Shown here: positions 50,140 through 63,679 of the stretch, in pieces | Layout of the letters: the number at the start of each line of letters is the position of its first letter | Position numbering within the stretch: the first letter of the stretch is position 1 | Assembly: GCF_044704955.1 (NCBI RefSeq) | Contig: NW_027252702.1 | Span: 186,001 to 250,000 of the forward strand | From: Pristiophorus japonicus | Lineage: Eukaryota | DNA length: 64,000 bases | Direction of reading: 5' to 3' | Translations under genes and position numbers: made by a program | Notes under the pieces: generated by a model | Told to the model about the DNA's origin: nothing | Seen by the model: the letters and a program-made list of their open reading frames with translations, nothing else | Databases searched by the model: none

Positions 50140-50580
50140 CGGGACCGAGTGTAACGTAGCCAGGTTTGCTGACGATACAAAGATGGGGTGATAAACAACA
50201 GTCTAAGTGAGTGGGCAAAAATAGAATTCTGCCTTTTAATGCAAAGGGGATGGAGTATAAAAGCAGGGAAGTCTTGCTACAGTTATACAGGGTATTGGTG
50301 AGGCCACACCTGGAATACTGCGTGCAGTTTTGGTTTCCATATTTAAGAAAGGATATATTTGCTTTGGACGCAGTTCAGCGAAGGTTCACGCGGTTGATTC
50401 TGGAGATGAGGGGATTGACGTATGAGGAAAGTTTGAGTAGATTGGGCCTCTACTCATTGGAAGTGAGAAGAATGAGAGGTGACCTCATGATCGGATCAGC
50501 CATGATCGTATTAAATGGCGGATCAGGCTCGATTGGCCGTATGGCCTACTCCCGCTCCTGTTCCTTAGGTTCTTATGTCA
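50140..50580 (+). mobile_element. Internally deleted CR1 3' fragment
   Basis: ORF 50211 KGMEYKSREVLLQLYRVLVRPHLEYCVQFW jumps directly to the 3' UTR. Confidence 0.85.
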
Positions 50581-50799
50581 GTTTAACACAGCTTACTCAA
50601 ATAATTACTGCTGAACCTCTAACTCCTTTACTGTGACAAACCGAGCATCCGCACCCTCTGTACCCCCCGCTCCGCGGACACTGACCAGCAGCCCCGAGCT
50701 CGACACCAGCCGCATTAATATAACCAGAGCTGCAGTCTGGGTTGTGCGGTGGTCTCGCGATCTTTGGTCATGTCGTTTGTAAAGTAATTGGACTTTAAG

Positions 50800-53700
50800 G
50801 AAGCCTTTGAAAAGTTACTAGCGCCAAAATTAAGTAAAGGCTAACGAGTACAGAATTAAAGAGTGGGGAGCATACTGCATTAATAGAGATTAGAAGAGAG
50901 AAACATCGCTCATTATATACGAACGGGTTGGAAGTGGATGAAGGGAACCCACAGGGAGCGATTCTGGGGACTCCACTGTTCACCGGGTATATCAAAGATA
51001 TGGATCCACGACAAGGAGAGTGGTGCAGAAATTTATACATCACACCAAAATAGGAGGTATAGTTAATTATTTATTAGACCAACGGAAACTACAAAGGGCT
51101 ATTGATACAAATGAAGACGGAGCTGAATAGTGTCAGATTTAATTCAATATCAGCAAGTATGATGTGATTGATTTCTGTAAATAGAACATTAATTATAACC
51201 TGAATGGAAGTAGGCTCCATGCTGTGGAAGTGAAGAGTGAAGCAGCATCTCAGCTTGAACAAGCTGTAAAAAGCTAATCGGATTCTCGATTTATCTCAAG
51301 AGATATAGATTATAAAAACCAAGAGGCCATGATAAGCCTACACAGGACTTGAATAAGACTACAGCTTGGGAGCTGTGTACAGTATTTGGCTCCACACTAT
51401 AATATGGATATTGAGGATTTAAAGATTGTACAACACAGAATAAATAGCACGCTGGAGTGATGAGATATAAATATGCAAAAAGATTCGAAATTGCTCCGTT
51501 TTCTTTCGATCAATTAGATTACGGGTCATTATAATAAAAGTGTTTGAAATTATGAAAGAATGCGACAGTGTAGATATAAACAGATTATTTCCAATGATTG
51601 AGGGGCGGTGGGGTAGCGATACAAGATGAAATGGAAGAGAGTTAGACCAGTGATTAATAGAAACGGTTTCACACAGAGAATTGGGAGCCTGTGGCATTCA
51701 CTTCCAGGGTTAATGGTTGGGGCAGAAACTTTGCCAACATTCACGATTGAATTGGATAAGTGGCTCTAGCACAAGGTGTTGAACGAATGTGGATGAAGAC
51801 GGGTACATGCGGCTAGAACTATTTGCATGTGTGGAGGGTGAACACCGACACTGACTGGTTGGGTCCACTGGTCTGATTCCGTGTTGTAACCAGTAGATAT
51901 TTCTATATATTCAGTGCATACCGCGGAGAGCTGTATATTTAATATTCTCACTGCATATGCGAATTTCATAATCACCCAAGTTTGGTGTTATCTGTGAATT
52001 TACTTACTTCGCATTGACACTTTAGCAGCCTATCATTAAAAATTAAATCAATTCAACCTCTGTGTACCAGCGACACATCCAATGCGAACATGGACCCCTG
52101 CTGGTTGACAGGGGGTTGTCCCTCCGTCTGAGTACCTGACAAGTAATGGAGCAGATGCCAGGTCGGTCCTCCATCAGCACAAAGCCGGTAACAGCCTTTC
52201 TCTAGTCTACAGCTGTCCAGATTGACAGCATGGGTTTGTCATTAAGGCAGAACACAAGGAGCCAACAAAAATAGCTTCGACTGAAACAACAGCAAGCAAG
52301 ATGAGGCAAAAAGGAAGCTTATTTCAGATATCCAGAGCGAAATATTGCAGAAAACCTAGAGGAGAGTAGCAATTGCAGGGGTGAAATTAAAAAGAAAAGT
52401 AGGAAATTAAAAGAGAGGGCATGAAAATTATTACAATGTTACATCACGGAAAACCTAAATATGTTTTGCCTTTGTCTTCACAAAAGAAAGGGACGATGCA
52501 GGGACTGAAATTAAGGAGGTAATATTAGTTGAGAAAAACATTGTGCGAGAGGAAATATTATGGTGTTTAGCATCTTTGAAAGTAGATAAATCACCAGGTC
52601 CAGATGACATGCATTTCAGGCTGTTAAGCGAGACAGGTTAGGAAACACTGGAGACTGCGGTTATAAATTTCCTACCTATCTGTCCATACGCATGGGGGCA
52701 GAACCGCTAACATTGTACAATTATTTAAAACCCTACAAAAGATAGTCTGAGTAATTACAGGTCAGTTGTCCTAACTTCGGTGGCGGGCAAAGAAATTGAT
52801 GACGGTCGTGCATTTGACGTAACATACACAGATTTTATCAAGGCTTCTGACAATGTCCAATATGGCAGATTGGTCAGAAAAGTGAGAGTCCATTGGGTCC
52901 AAAGGAAAGTGGCAAGTTTCAGCAAAATTTGGCTCAGTGGCAGAAAGCAAAGTGTAATGGGAGTCTGGTGTGTCTGTGACTTGCGGCTGGTGTTGCTCAG
53001 GGCTCAGCACTGGGTCCCTTTCTTTTTGTGACATATATCAATGACGTAAACTTCAATGTAGGGGCAAGATTAATAATTTGCAAATGATCTTAACATTAGC
53101 CATGTGGTTGATAGTGGAGAAGAAAGCTGTAAAGTGCAGCAAGATATCGATGGACTGGTCAGGTGGGCAGAACAGTGGTAACTGGAACTCAATCCGGACA
53201 AGTGTGAGGTAATGCATTTGTGAAGGGCCAACAAGGCATGGGAATACACAATAAATGGATGACAGTGAGACGTCTGGAGGAGCAGAGGTAACTTGTAGTG
53301 CTGGTCCACAGATCACTGAAGGCAGTAGGAGAGGTAGATAAGGTGGTTAAAAATGCATTCGGAATGCTTGCGTTTATTAGCCGAGGTATAGAATATAAGA
53401 GCCTGAGGTTATGTTTTGACTGTACAAATATCTAGTTAGTCTACAGCTGGAGTACTGCGCGCAGTTCCAGTCACCCCATTACAGGAAATAGGTGATACGA
53501 ATAAAGACGATACAGCGGAGATTTACAAAGCTGTTGCCAGGACTGGAGCATTATACCTATGAGAAAAGATTGGATATGCTGGCGTTATTTGCTTTGGAAC
53601 ATAGGAGGCTGTCGGGAGATTTAAATGAGTTGTATAAAATTATGAGCAGCCTACATAGAGTGGATATGAAGGACCTATTGCCCTTAGAGAAGAGGTTACT

Positions 53701-53860
53701 AACCAGGGAATATAGATTCCAAGTAATTGGTATTTGGCTAATCGCTTGAAGTGCTGTAACCACGAAGGCTACGGACCAAGTGGGATTAGGCTGGATAGCT
53801 CTTTTCCGGCCGACACAGACACGATGAGCCTAATGTGCTCCTTTTGTTCGGATTGTATGA
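50800..53860 (+). mobile_element. Two old, decayed CR1 RT fragments (~50800-51900 and ~52230-53860)
   Basis: gggaacccacagggagcgattctgggg; aaatcaccaggtccagatg; ORF 52780 DFIKASDNV; ORF 53492 QRRFTKLLPGL. Confidence 0.7.
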
Positions 53861-54105
53861 TCCCAACATGCACTACTTTCTTAAAAGCAGCAAGCCACGT
53901 TCCCATTGGAAGGCACATGTGTAAATTTCTCTCCGGAGCAGAGATGTGTTCTCGCTGAACCCATCATGTTCAGCGAATCTACCGGTACACACGGAGCCGA
54001 CAAGATCGATTTACACTATACACACTGGTCTATCTGCGAGCGTCAAGGGATTCGTGTTCCACTGCTGCCTTGTGCATGTGCTCCTGGAGCGCCAACATTG
54101 AAAAA

Positions 54106-54119
54106 GCGCCCCCTCTCGG
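54106..54119 (-). promoter_or_regulatory. Candidate CTCF site
   Basis: Minus strand CCGAGAGGGGGCGC resembles the CTCF core; it may lie inside an interspersed repeat. Confidence 0.35.
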
Positions 54120-54699
54120 CTTTTTCCGACCATGACTGTCCGTGGGGGATAAATCACTTGCTGGAAATGTTTTGATTGGCGTTCCCGGAGTGGACGATCT
54201 CATCGATTATCTGTTGTCACCATCCAAATTGTTTGTGCTTGTCATTTGCTGAAATAGCAACATAGAAATAAAAAAATTTACAGCGGAGAAAGAGGCCATT
54301 TCGGCCCATTGTGTCCGCACCGGCCGACAAAGAGCCACACAGCCCTTGGTCAACAGCCCTGGCGGTTACATGAAGCCTATGAATAATGAACAATGGCGGA
54401 CAGATAAAGTGCCTTCAGTAATTCGATCCACGCCAGAATAACGATCATGTAATCAAAAGGGATGTCATCAGTTGGGAATTGTCTTTCATAAGCTTGGCCA
54501 TCTCACCTGGGAACCTGAACGTGTTCATGGACCAGGGTAGATTTCACACCATGGCAGTGATTTCTGATCTGATATGTATTGATACTAACAGTCCGATTTC
54601 TGATTTATGAGCATTTATTCCAGCGGATATCACTGCCTGGAGATCAGTGTTGATGACGCTACCCAATCAGCATTTCCAAATTTGAGAAGCTTTTTCCAA

Positions 54700-55088
54700 A
54701 CTTATCCAAACGTATAAGATTATGAGGGGGCTTGACCAGGTGGATGCAGAAAGGATGTTTCCAATGATGGGGGAGACTAGAACTAGGGGGCATAAGCTTA
54801 GAGTAAGGGGCCGCCCATTTAAAACTGAGATGAGGAGGAATTTCTTCTCTGAGGTTTGTAAATCTGTGAAATTCGCTGCCTCAGAGAGCTGTGAAGCTGG
54901 GTCATTGAATAAATTTAAGACCGAGTAAGACAGTTTCATAACGGATAAGGGAATAAAGGGTTATGGGGAGCGGGAAGGAAAGTGGACCTGAGTCCATGAT
55001 CGGATCAGCCATGATCGTGTTAAGTGGTGGAGCAGGCTCGAGAGGCCGTATGGCCTACTCCTTCTCCTATTTCATATGTTCTTATGAT
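54700..55088 (+). mobile_element. CR1 3'-end fragment
   Basis: MRGLDQVDAERMFPMMGETRTRGH; tail ttcatatgttcttatg. Confidence 0.85.
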
Positions 55089-56379
55089 CCATGTTCGCTG
55101 TTTATACAGAGATATTTATTGGTTTATTTTAATCGGGCGAGCAGCCCAATTCGCAAACGGAAAAAATGTTACACGAACACATTGATATAATCTTCAGTTT
55201 CGTCTCAATTATTAACCATCTGCTCCAAGCGGGAGCCGCAACATCAGAGATCGGGAGTACCCCGTACTACATATAGACTGAGGTTTTCATCTAACTTACA
55301 GAAAGTAAAACTAGGAGGCGAGTCAGTGAGTACAATTATACGACAGGTCGCAGCGTCAGATCACCCTGGGTGGGGTGATGTGCAGCTGGCTGAGTGAGAT
55401 ACACTGTCCCATGCACCTTGCTCAAAGTCCCGGGGCAAATGGACATTGTGTGAGCTCCATTCCCCTGGCAGGTAGTATGTAGTGTTAGAATAAAGCGGGA
55501 AGAATTTCCGCATGTACAACCTGGGCTTTTTGAATTATTGCTCCTCATTGGACAATAGTTATACTACGAATGGATCTGCCATTTGGAGCTGGGTTTTGCT
55601 GCTGTTTTGTGCATTGGCGATCTCACCCACATTCCCATCCAGAGAGCACTCTGCACACTACCCCTCATCATAGCACTCACCCTGTCGCTTCGAGTGCAAA
55701 CCCAAACCACTTCACAGTCCTGTGCATGTGATTATACATCTGCATACCTTAACTATATGGGAATTTAAAACAATATCGATAAACGTAAATATTAGCCTAG
55801 TAATTAAAATGTACTCGAATGGGGAACGGGTAGTTGGTGATAATTGTGGCCGTGTGGTGCATCAATATTATAAATTGGGATTAATTCTCCTCATCTTGTT
55901 TTACATTGATGCAGCTGGCGCCGAATATCTCATAAAATGAGACACTGGTGAGAGGAAACAGATTGTGATCATGCTGTGCACAACTGGCTGCGTTTCCAAC
56001 ATTACATCAGTGACTACATTTCCAAACTAGTTAATTGGTTGTAAAGTGATTTAGAACGTCCTGATTTCGTGCAAGGCGCTATAGAAATGCAAACATTTTT
56101 TTTCTTTTGTAAACTCAGCCCAGACTTCAGTAATTGTACTTCCCCTTTCTCATGAAGCCTGTGTTCTCGGCACTGTATTCGACAGTGTCAGGGCTGAGCC
56201 ATCCTACTGATTTTGAAGCTCAATTATCCCGAAATCCATTCCATTTCCCAGCTGGCTCACTTGCTCTTTGTCCATGTCACTGTTGTCTTACTGGCGTCAC
56301 TGGGCTGAGCATTGCAAATAATCCAGCAGTTTCACTTCTGTACATTGCAGGATATTAACTTTACATAAAGGGCAAGTAA

Positions 56380-57620
56380 AGTGGTCTGGGAGATTGAGAG
56401 AAAAAAACAAAGGGACACAAATACAATATTAAGAGCTGTAAAAAGAGAATATGAAAACGCTTCCAAGTAATAGAAAGACTTACAGTGGAAGAGTTGATGA
56501 ACATATCAGCAGTGAGGCAGTGGCGAAGCCAGTTGTAGACCCATTATAGACCGATAATACTGCAACAGATAACGACTTACTGGCAGATTTATTAAACGAG
56601 TGCAATGTATCCGTTTTCACAGTAGAGGAAGAGAATACAATAACAGGTGATGGAATGTAGACTAAATAAATGAACCAGAAGACATTTCTATATTCAGTAT
56701 TTACAACAAAATCTGCAATGAAATAAATAATGAGACTTAGCATTGGTAGATCTGCAAGGGCTGATGGTTTCCACCGCAGCATATTAAACAAAGTAGCTCC
56801 GAAAATTGCAGATGTGTTAGTGAGAATCTGTAAAGCTCTCTTTATTCGGGAAGTGTGTAGTTAGATTGAAAAATTACTAAAATTACTCCATTATTTAAGA
56901 AGACATGGACAGAGGAACGGGTAACTACAGGCCCACAAATTTAATGTCAGTTGTGGTAAAGCTGCTAGAGACTGACATTTGGGGAAAGAGTGACTGAGTA
57001 CGTCAACGGATGTCAGGTGATCAGAGAGAGCCAGCCGGGCCCTGTTAAGGGTAAGTCATGGCTGACTAAACAATTTAATTTTTGAGGAGGTCACTAATAA
57101 TTTGAACAATGGTATGTCTATGGATGTTAATTATATGGACTTCCTGAAGGCAGACCTTTCTTTAAGGTATCAGAGAAAAGATTATCAGCAAAAGTGATTT
57201 ATTACATTAAATTCCGAAGCTGGCCTAGTGAGATTTGAAACCAGGTCGCCGGATATTTGGTCGCAAGCCTCCGTATTACTAGTCCAGTAACAGAACCACT
57301 ACAGTGCCGTTCCAGAAATGGCTATGAGCAAAGATTAAGGAAATGCTGGATTATTTGGCCATTAAATGAGGCGAAGGTATAAGTATCATAGGAAAGGTTA
57401 AACCACGACTGCAGGATGATGAGATCCAGGTACAAACTGGTAAAAGGCCAGTTCAGGTCCGATGGAAAAGATGTCTTCTATTCTGAAAGATTGGCCAATC
57501 ACTGGGATGGACTTCCAAGTGAAAGTAACATCTTTAAATCATACAAGGAGCGGTTTGGATTTCTAATAATGGCTAAGTTAGAATAGGCAAATCGCTCTCT
57601 CACTTTTTACTTATGTCTAA
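56380..57620 (+). mobile_element. Decayed CR1 fragments with an embedded short SINE-like piece
   Basis: ggtaactacaggcc, aagggtaagtcatggctgactaa and tatatggacttcctgaaggc are RT motifs. Confidence 0.55.
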
Positions 57621-57899
57621 ACTCTATTTCATTGACAACAGCCGTGTTATTACTATCCCAGTGACAGTAGAACTGATGTATTCCGTTGCTTCATGCTCTG
57701 TAATGCGTATCCCCTCAGTTTCATGTTGATATTGGCATTAACATTAACATTACCCGCATTTACCAGCTTAATTGGAGCCACCCCTTGCAGCGCTCACTCT
57801 GACACGAATTTCAACATCCACGTCAGTCCGAAGCAAAACTGATGAAAATGTGCCCCCTCTTCTCCAGAAGGCGCTGATTCTGGTTGTACTGACCTTCCC

Positions 57900-58430
57900 A
57901 TGCCATGGCGCACCATCTTGCCGTCCGTCGGAGGTGCTGGTCCCCAATGGAGTGCTCACTACGTGGGAGTGCTCCCTTTGTTTATTGTGGACTTGGTCTG
58001 GAGGGTGTTGCATGGGGCACTCCTAAGAAATCGATTTTTAATTCAGTTCACGGACACATGTGTATGTCGAATGTGTGAGGTAGCAGCCCCTCATTCAATA
58101 TTATAGGGGGCTGCTCCTCAAATTCTGGTTGCACTTCAGTCCCACACTCTTGATCTTTGGGCACCCTGAGCGGAAGGGAGCGGGCAGTTCGAAGGCCTCC
58201 TCGTAGGACTGCTCCTGGGCCTCGCCAAGGGGGCCAGTAACAGTCCCGGTGGCAGACAGTCGAGGTGGCCATTCATCCTGACTGCCTGCCTCTCTTCCGC
58301 AGTTACATTTGAGCCAGGGTGTCCCTGGAGATGGAGCACCCGGTGTCCACCGGTATGCTCTGGGCCTTCTCCGAGAGGTGGGCGCTGGAGGGACTGGAAT
58401 GCATCCTTTCAACTGGGAAGAGAAGTTTAA
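57900..58430 (+). mobile_element. L1/Tx1-like LINE C-terminal fragment
   Basis: GC-rich cccacactcttgatctttgggcacc...ctgctcctgggcctcgccaag, resembling shark Tx1-type ORF2 3' ends. Recognition only. Confidence 0.4.
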
Positions 58431-58577
58431 TTTGATTTGACTTTACAAAGGTTACCTTAATGTTCAATTGTTAATTTTTGGATTTTTTAGCCTCAAAAAA
58501 ACAAAGTGGCACTTGAATGAAAGTTTCTACCAAAATAGTTGTACTGTGGTCCATTGGGTGCTCCCAGTTCTTGGGAT

Positions 58578-58953
58578 TTCATAGAAACATATAAAATTCT
58601 GAGGGGATTAGACACGTTAAAGGCAGGAAGAATGTTCCTGTTGCTGGGGAGTTCCAGAACCAGGGGTCACAGTCTAAGGATAAGGAGTAGGCATTTAGGA
58701 CTGAGATGAGGAGAAACGTATTCACTCAGAGAGCAGTTAACCTGTGGAATTCCCTGCCGCAGAGTGTTATTGAAGCCAGTTTATTAGATATATTCAAAAG
58801 GGAGTTAGATATGGTCCTTACGGCCAAAGTGATCAATGGAGAGAAAGCAAGAAAGGCTACTGAGGGAATGATCAGCCATGATCTTATTGAATGGTGGTGC
58901 AGGTTCGAAGGGCCGAATGACCTGCTCCTGCACCTAATTTCTATGTTTCTATG
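58578..58953 (+). mobile_element. CR1 3'-end fragment
   Basis: MRRNVFTQRAVNLWNSLPQ; tttctatgtttctatg tail. Confidence 0.85.
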
Positions 58954-59819
58954 AAGCCTAAACCAAGTAATTATTTCTCATGTATGACCCAAGCCGATAA
59001 CCTAGCTCAAGGGCACCCAGCCCCGTGGCTAAAGAGAAACAACTTTATTTCATCAATAATGATTCAGTGGCCAAGTTGCACAGAACAAATTTTATTTCTG
59101 AACATTGCTCTGTGAATATAAATCAAGAAATGCGGGTCCAAGTGAAAGAAGGCCTCGTCTCTCACTCCAAGTGTTGGGATTTGAGCAATATACAGATACG
59201 TTTCTTATACAAAGTGCGACAGAGACTGGGGATCACTTTGGAATGGCATGAGGTAATGAAAGGCGCCATACAAATGCAAGTTCTATTACATATAATCAAG
59301 TTTATTTCTCAATTAGCTCGTCTGCTAATAGAGATTACATTTTTATAACATAAGAAATCAAACAGATCAATGCATAAATAGTATTGATGGAGTTTCAATC
59401 CAAATGGTGTTTAATAAGTAAATACTGCCTTGAGTTCAGCCAATCAATGCTGGCGGTTCTCACCGCAACACACAGGCGGGTTCGTCCCCGTGTCACTTAT
59501 AGCGTGAAGTTCCATATCGTAAGGGAAATAAAACAAGGAACTGACTCATTTGTTGCATGTGATCGCCATTACCTCCCGCTTCCATATCACCAACTAATAA
59601 TAAATATATGTTCCTCATATCAGTCACCATCCAGAACAACCTGCTCAACTTGTTAAATAAAATAGGATTGAAATCGACACGGAATCAGATGATTGCATAT
59701 ATCTAGAGCTATTATATATTCTGTCCTTATCACCGGATTAACAGTAATTGAGCTTTTAGCTGTTTGGGATTTACACATTACAAGTTATGGTTGAAACGGT
59801 GGAATCTGAGCCCAGATAT

Positions 59820-60760
59820 TATGGGTGTACAGGGCACAATTTCAAAATTTGCAGATGAGACATAACTTGGGTCTATAATGAACGGTTTGGAGGATAGCGA
59901 TAGTCTTCTAGAGCATATAGGTTGGCTGGTAGAATGGGCAAACACGTGGCAGATGTAATTTAATGCAGGAAAGTGCGAACTGGTACATGTTGGTAGGAAC
60001 AATTAGGAGAGGCAAAATACACTAAAGGATACAAATCTAAAGGGGGTCCATGCAAAGAGAGACATGGGGATATATGTGCACAAATCGTTGAAGGTGACAG
60101 GGCACGTTGTTAAATCGTTTAATAAACCACACGGCATCCTGGGCTTCATAAATAGTGCTAGAGAGCACAAACCAAAGGAAGTTATAATGAGCCTTTATAA
60201 CACACTGGTTCGGCCTCAACTAGAGTATTGTTTCCAATTTTGGTCATCACACTTTAGGAGGGATGTGACGGCCTTAGAGAGCGTGCAGAGAAGCTTTACA
60301 AGCAATGTTCCAGGGATGAGAGACTTAATGTAGGTGCATAGACTGGAGATGCTGGGGCAGTTCTCCATAGAACAGCGAAGGTTGTGAGAAGACTTGATAG
60401 CGTTGTGCAAAATCATGAGGTTTATAGACAGACAAAATAGAGAGAAAATATCTCCATTGGCGGAAAGGTTGGGAAACAGAGGACACATATTGCAGTTGAC
60501 TTGCAGAAGAACCAAAGGCGACATGAGTAAAAATGTGTTTACGCAGCGATTGGTTAGGCATGGATTGCACAGCCTGAAAGGACGCTGGCGGCAAATACAA
60601 TTGTGGCTTTCAAAAGGGATTTGGATAAATGCCGGAAGGAGATCAATTTTCAGGGCTATGAGGAAAGTGCGGGGAAGTGGGATTAGCTGAGGTGTTCTTG
60701 CAGAAAGCTGGCACGGGCCGAATGGCTTCATTCTGTGCTGCAACCATGCCATAATGCTAT
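59820..60760 (+). mobile_element. 5'-truncated CR1 (distinct older subfamily)
   Basis: tcaaaatttgcagatga; ORF 60064 LVRPQLEYCFQFW. Confidence 0.8.
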
Positions 60761-61699
60761 GGTTCATTTCCTCTTCCAACATTTCAGCCAGAATTTGTCT
60801 CAAAGCGAGTAGACGGTAAGGTCCAATATTTTCTGAGAGTACTTAGAGGAGCCGTTTGTGAAGCATCTCAGTCCTGCAAGTTCAATCCTGGAAAATGATT
60901 GAGGAAAGTGCAGAACATATTTGGGATCGGAACCTAATTAAACCTCATTCAGCGAGTGACTAACAGAGGCTCTGTCAGTTTTATTGATAGGAAGCACAGA
61001 CTGATGACTATTAAAATAATAGTCACCTTGGCAATAGGTCAAACCATTGCAAACAGTCCGCTCAACATAGCCACGAAGAAATATTTTAAACGTTTCTCGG
61101 CACACTACTTGTATTATTTGTCTGTAGTCACAACCTACCGACAGGCTGCGGTTCGCTGGTCCGAGAACAGCGCTCAGTCACGGCTCAATAGTTGCATCCT
61201 GCGAGCTGAGCGCTATTCTGCAGCATACTAACACGGCTTTACACCTAAAAGTTAGATCCTAAATCAGAGTTCCTAATAAAGGCACACAGGTAAAACCACT
61301 TATCAACAACTCTTGCTGTCTGTCAACTGAACACATTTCAGCTGAATCGATTAGTGTAAAATCTGTATTGATAAATGGAATCTTCAGGTGAGGTTATATT
61401 TGTCACTAACTACTCAATTCTGATTTCCTGCAGACTTAAAAACATCAGTCATTATGTAAATTGGGGACGAACGCGCCCCACTTTGAGCAATGCAAACAGC
61501 TGCAGCTAAAATCGACAGATCTGGTCAGCCTTCTGCTGAACCGTGCGAAATAGAGGGTGTTGGTGGAGATGAGCACAAACAGGAAACTCCGAAAGGTGTA
61601 ACGTAAAGATATCAAGGCTGACATCTCCAAAGGAGGACCATATGGTCTATAGTGACAAAATGATCAAAGCCTGCTGTGTGACCCTGAGGGGGTGCTCTG

Positions 61700-62830
61700 G
61701 AGAATGCTGTAATACAACTCGGTAATGTTAGGCGGTGAATTTTAAAACGGGTGCAAGAACAAGCACACATCTGTGAAGCTGCAGGACAAATTGAGAAGGT
61801 TGTTAATTAAACATACGATGTCTTTGGTTTTATTAATAGCGATAGAAAGTATAAACACGAGGAAGTTATTCTAAATCCTTGTAAATCAGAGATGAAGTCT
61901 AAGCTGGAGTATTGTGTCCAATTCATGGCTCCAGGTTATATGAAGTATATTTGACTTGAAGATGATGCTGAGGAATTTAACACAAAGATCTTAGGGATGA
62001 AGGAATCCTGTTATGTGGAGAGAATACAGAAACCGCGATTATTCTTCTTGGAGCAAAGTGGAATAAGACGAGAATTAAGAGGGGTGTTTAAAATTATTGT
62101 TTTTTTTAACAGGACAGATAGGGTAGTCTGCTTCCACTGGGAGGAGGGTCGTTACCATAGGACACATATTTACATAAAAACATAAGAAATAGGAGCAGGA
62201 GTAGGCCATATTGCCCCTCGAACCTGTTCCACCATTTAATACGATCATGGCTGGTCCGATTATGGACTCAGCTCCACTGTCCCCTTGTTCTCTTATCAGT
62301 TAAGAAACTGTTTCTCTCAGTTTTAAATTTATTCAATGTCCCAGCTTCCACAGCTCTCTGAGGCAGCGAATTCCACAGATTTACAACCCTCTGAGAGAAT
62401 AAATTCCTCCTCATCTCAGTTTAAAAAATGGGCGGCCCCTTATTCTAAGTTTATGCCCCTAGTTCTAGTCTCCCCTATCAGTATAAACATCCTCTAGGCA
62501 TCCACTTGTCGAGCCCCCTCATGATCTTATATGTTTCGATATGATCACCTCTCTTCATATTTAATTTATATGCCAAAAAAATAGCCACTGGGGAGATGAG
62601 GAGTTTTTTATGCACCATGTTATCATGATCTGGAATGCACTGCTCGAAACTGTTGTGGGGTCGGTTCAACGGTAACTTTGAAAAAGTAATTGGATTTATA
62701 GTTTAAAGGGAAACATTCACAGGCAATGGGGAAGGAGCACTGCAGTGGGACTAATGGGTAGCTCTTTCAAAGAGCTGACACAGGCATGATGGTCCGAATG
62801 ACCTCATTCTGTGCTGTTTCATTCTGTGAT
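61700..62830 (+). mobile_element. Decayed CR1 with a nested minus-strand CR1 3' end (62175-62560)
   Basis: ctggagtattgtgtccaatt; acataagaaataggagcaggagtaggcc marks the inverted insert; the host resumes at ~62560. Confidence 0.75.
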
Positions 62831-63019
62831 TTGTTTTTAATGTAATAAGTTAGGTAATATATGACTTGGTTTAGTATTAATTGCTTTGGGTTACCGTCCT
62901 TCCGTTTACTGTCTTGTTATAAGGGATAGATTAGTGCATCGGGTAATGGTTTGGGGAATAATGTGAACATTGTTAGTAATAAAATCATTCATATCAGGCA
63001 TGTGGCAAAAGCGACTAAA

Positions 63020-63445
63020 GAAAGATTTGTCTTTGTAGAAGCCTTGCTTAAGGGCCCAAATCGCTTTACAGCCTCTGAAGTACATTTTTCAAATGTTGGG
63101 ATATAGGAAACAGTGCAGATAATTGATGCCCAGCAAGGTCCCGCCAAAAGGAATGAGAGAAATGAAGAGAAAATCTGCTTTAGTGATATTGTTTGTGGAA
63201 TAAATTATGAGCAGGACATTGGAGAGAACTCCCTTGCTGTTTGTGTAAATAATGGCATGGAAGCTGAGCAAGTGGATGGGATCTTGATTTAATATCTCAT
63301 CTGAAAGACCACACTGTGGGCAGGGCTGCACTCCCTCAGTACTGCACTGGAGTGCCAGCCTCGAGCATGAGCTGAAATCCCAGGTGTGGGACGCGGACCT
63401 CTGACCTGACTCTGAAGTGTGAGTGCTCTCACTGAGTCACAGCTG
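63020..63445 (-). mobile_element. Near-complete shark SINE (DeuSINE/SacSINE1-like)
   Basis: cgctttacagcc...cagcaaggtccc...tttaatatctcatctgaaagac...gcactccctcagtactgcactgg...ctgagtcacagctgac. Confidence 0.6.
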
Positions 63446-63679
63446 ACACTTTGGTTACCAAATCTCGATGTCGAGCACTCACAGTCCGAATTATCATCCC
63501 TGGAGTCCCTGCTGGAGAAATCGGCTTGCTTTCTTTGGTTATTCTATGAATATCTTGCAGAAAAGATCAATGTTATTTTCGAAGCATCATTTGTTTTGTT
63601 AAACATACCATTGTTGGTAGCAGCGTATAGTGTTACTGGAACAGTACAAGAAAGGTCCACTGGTACAGGGTTATTTTCA

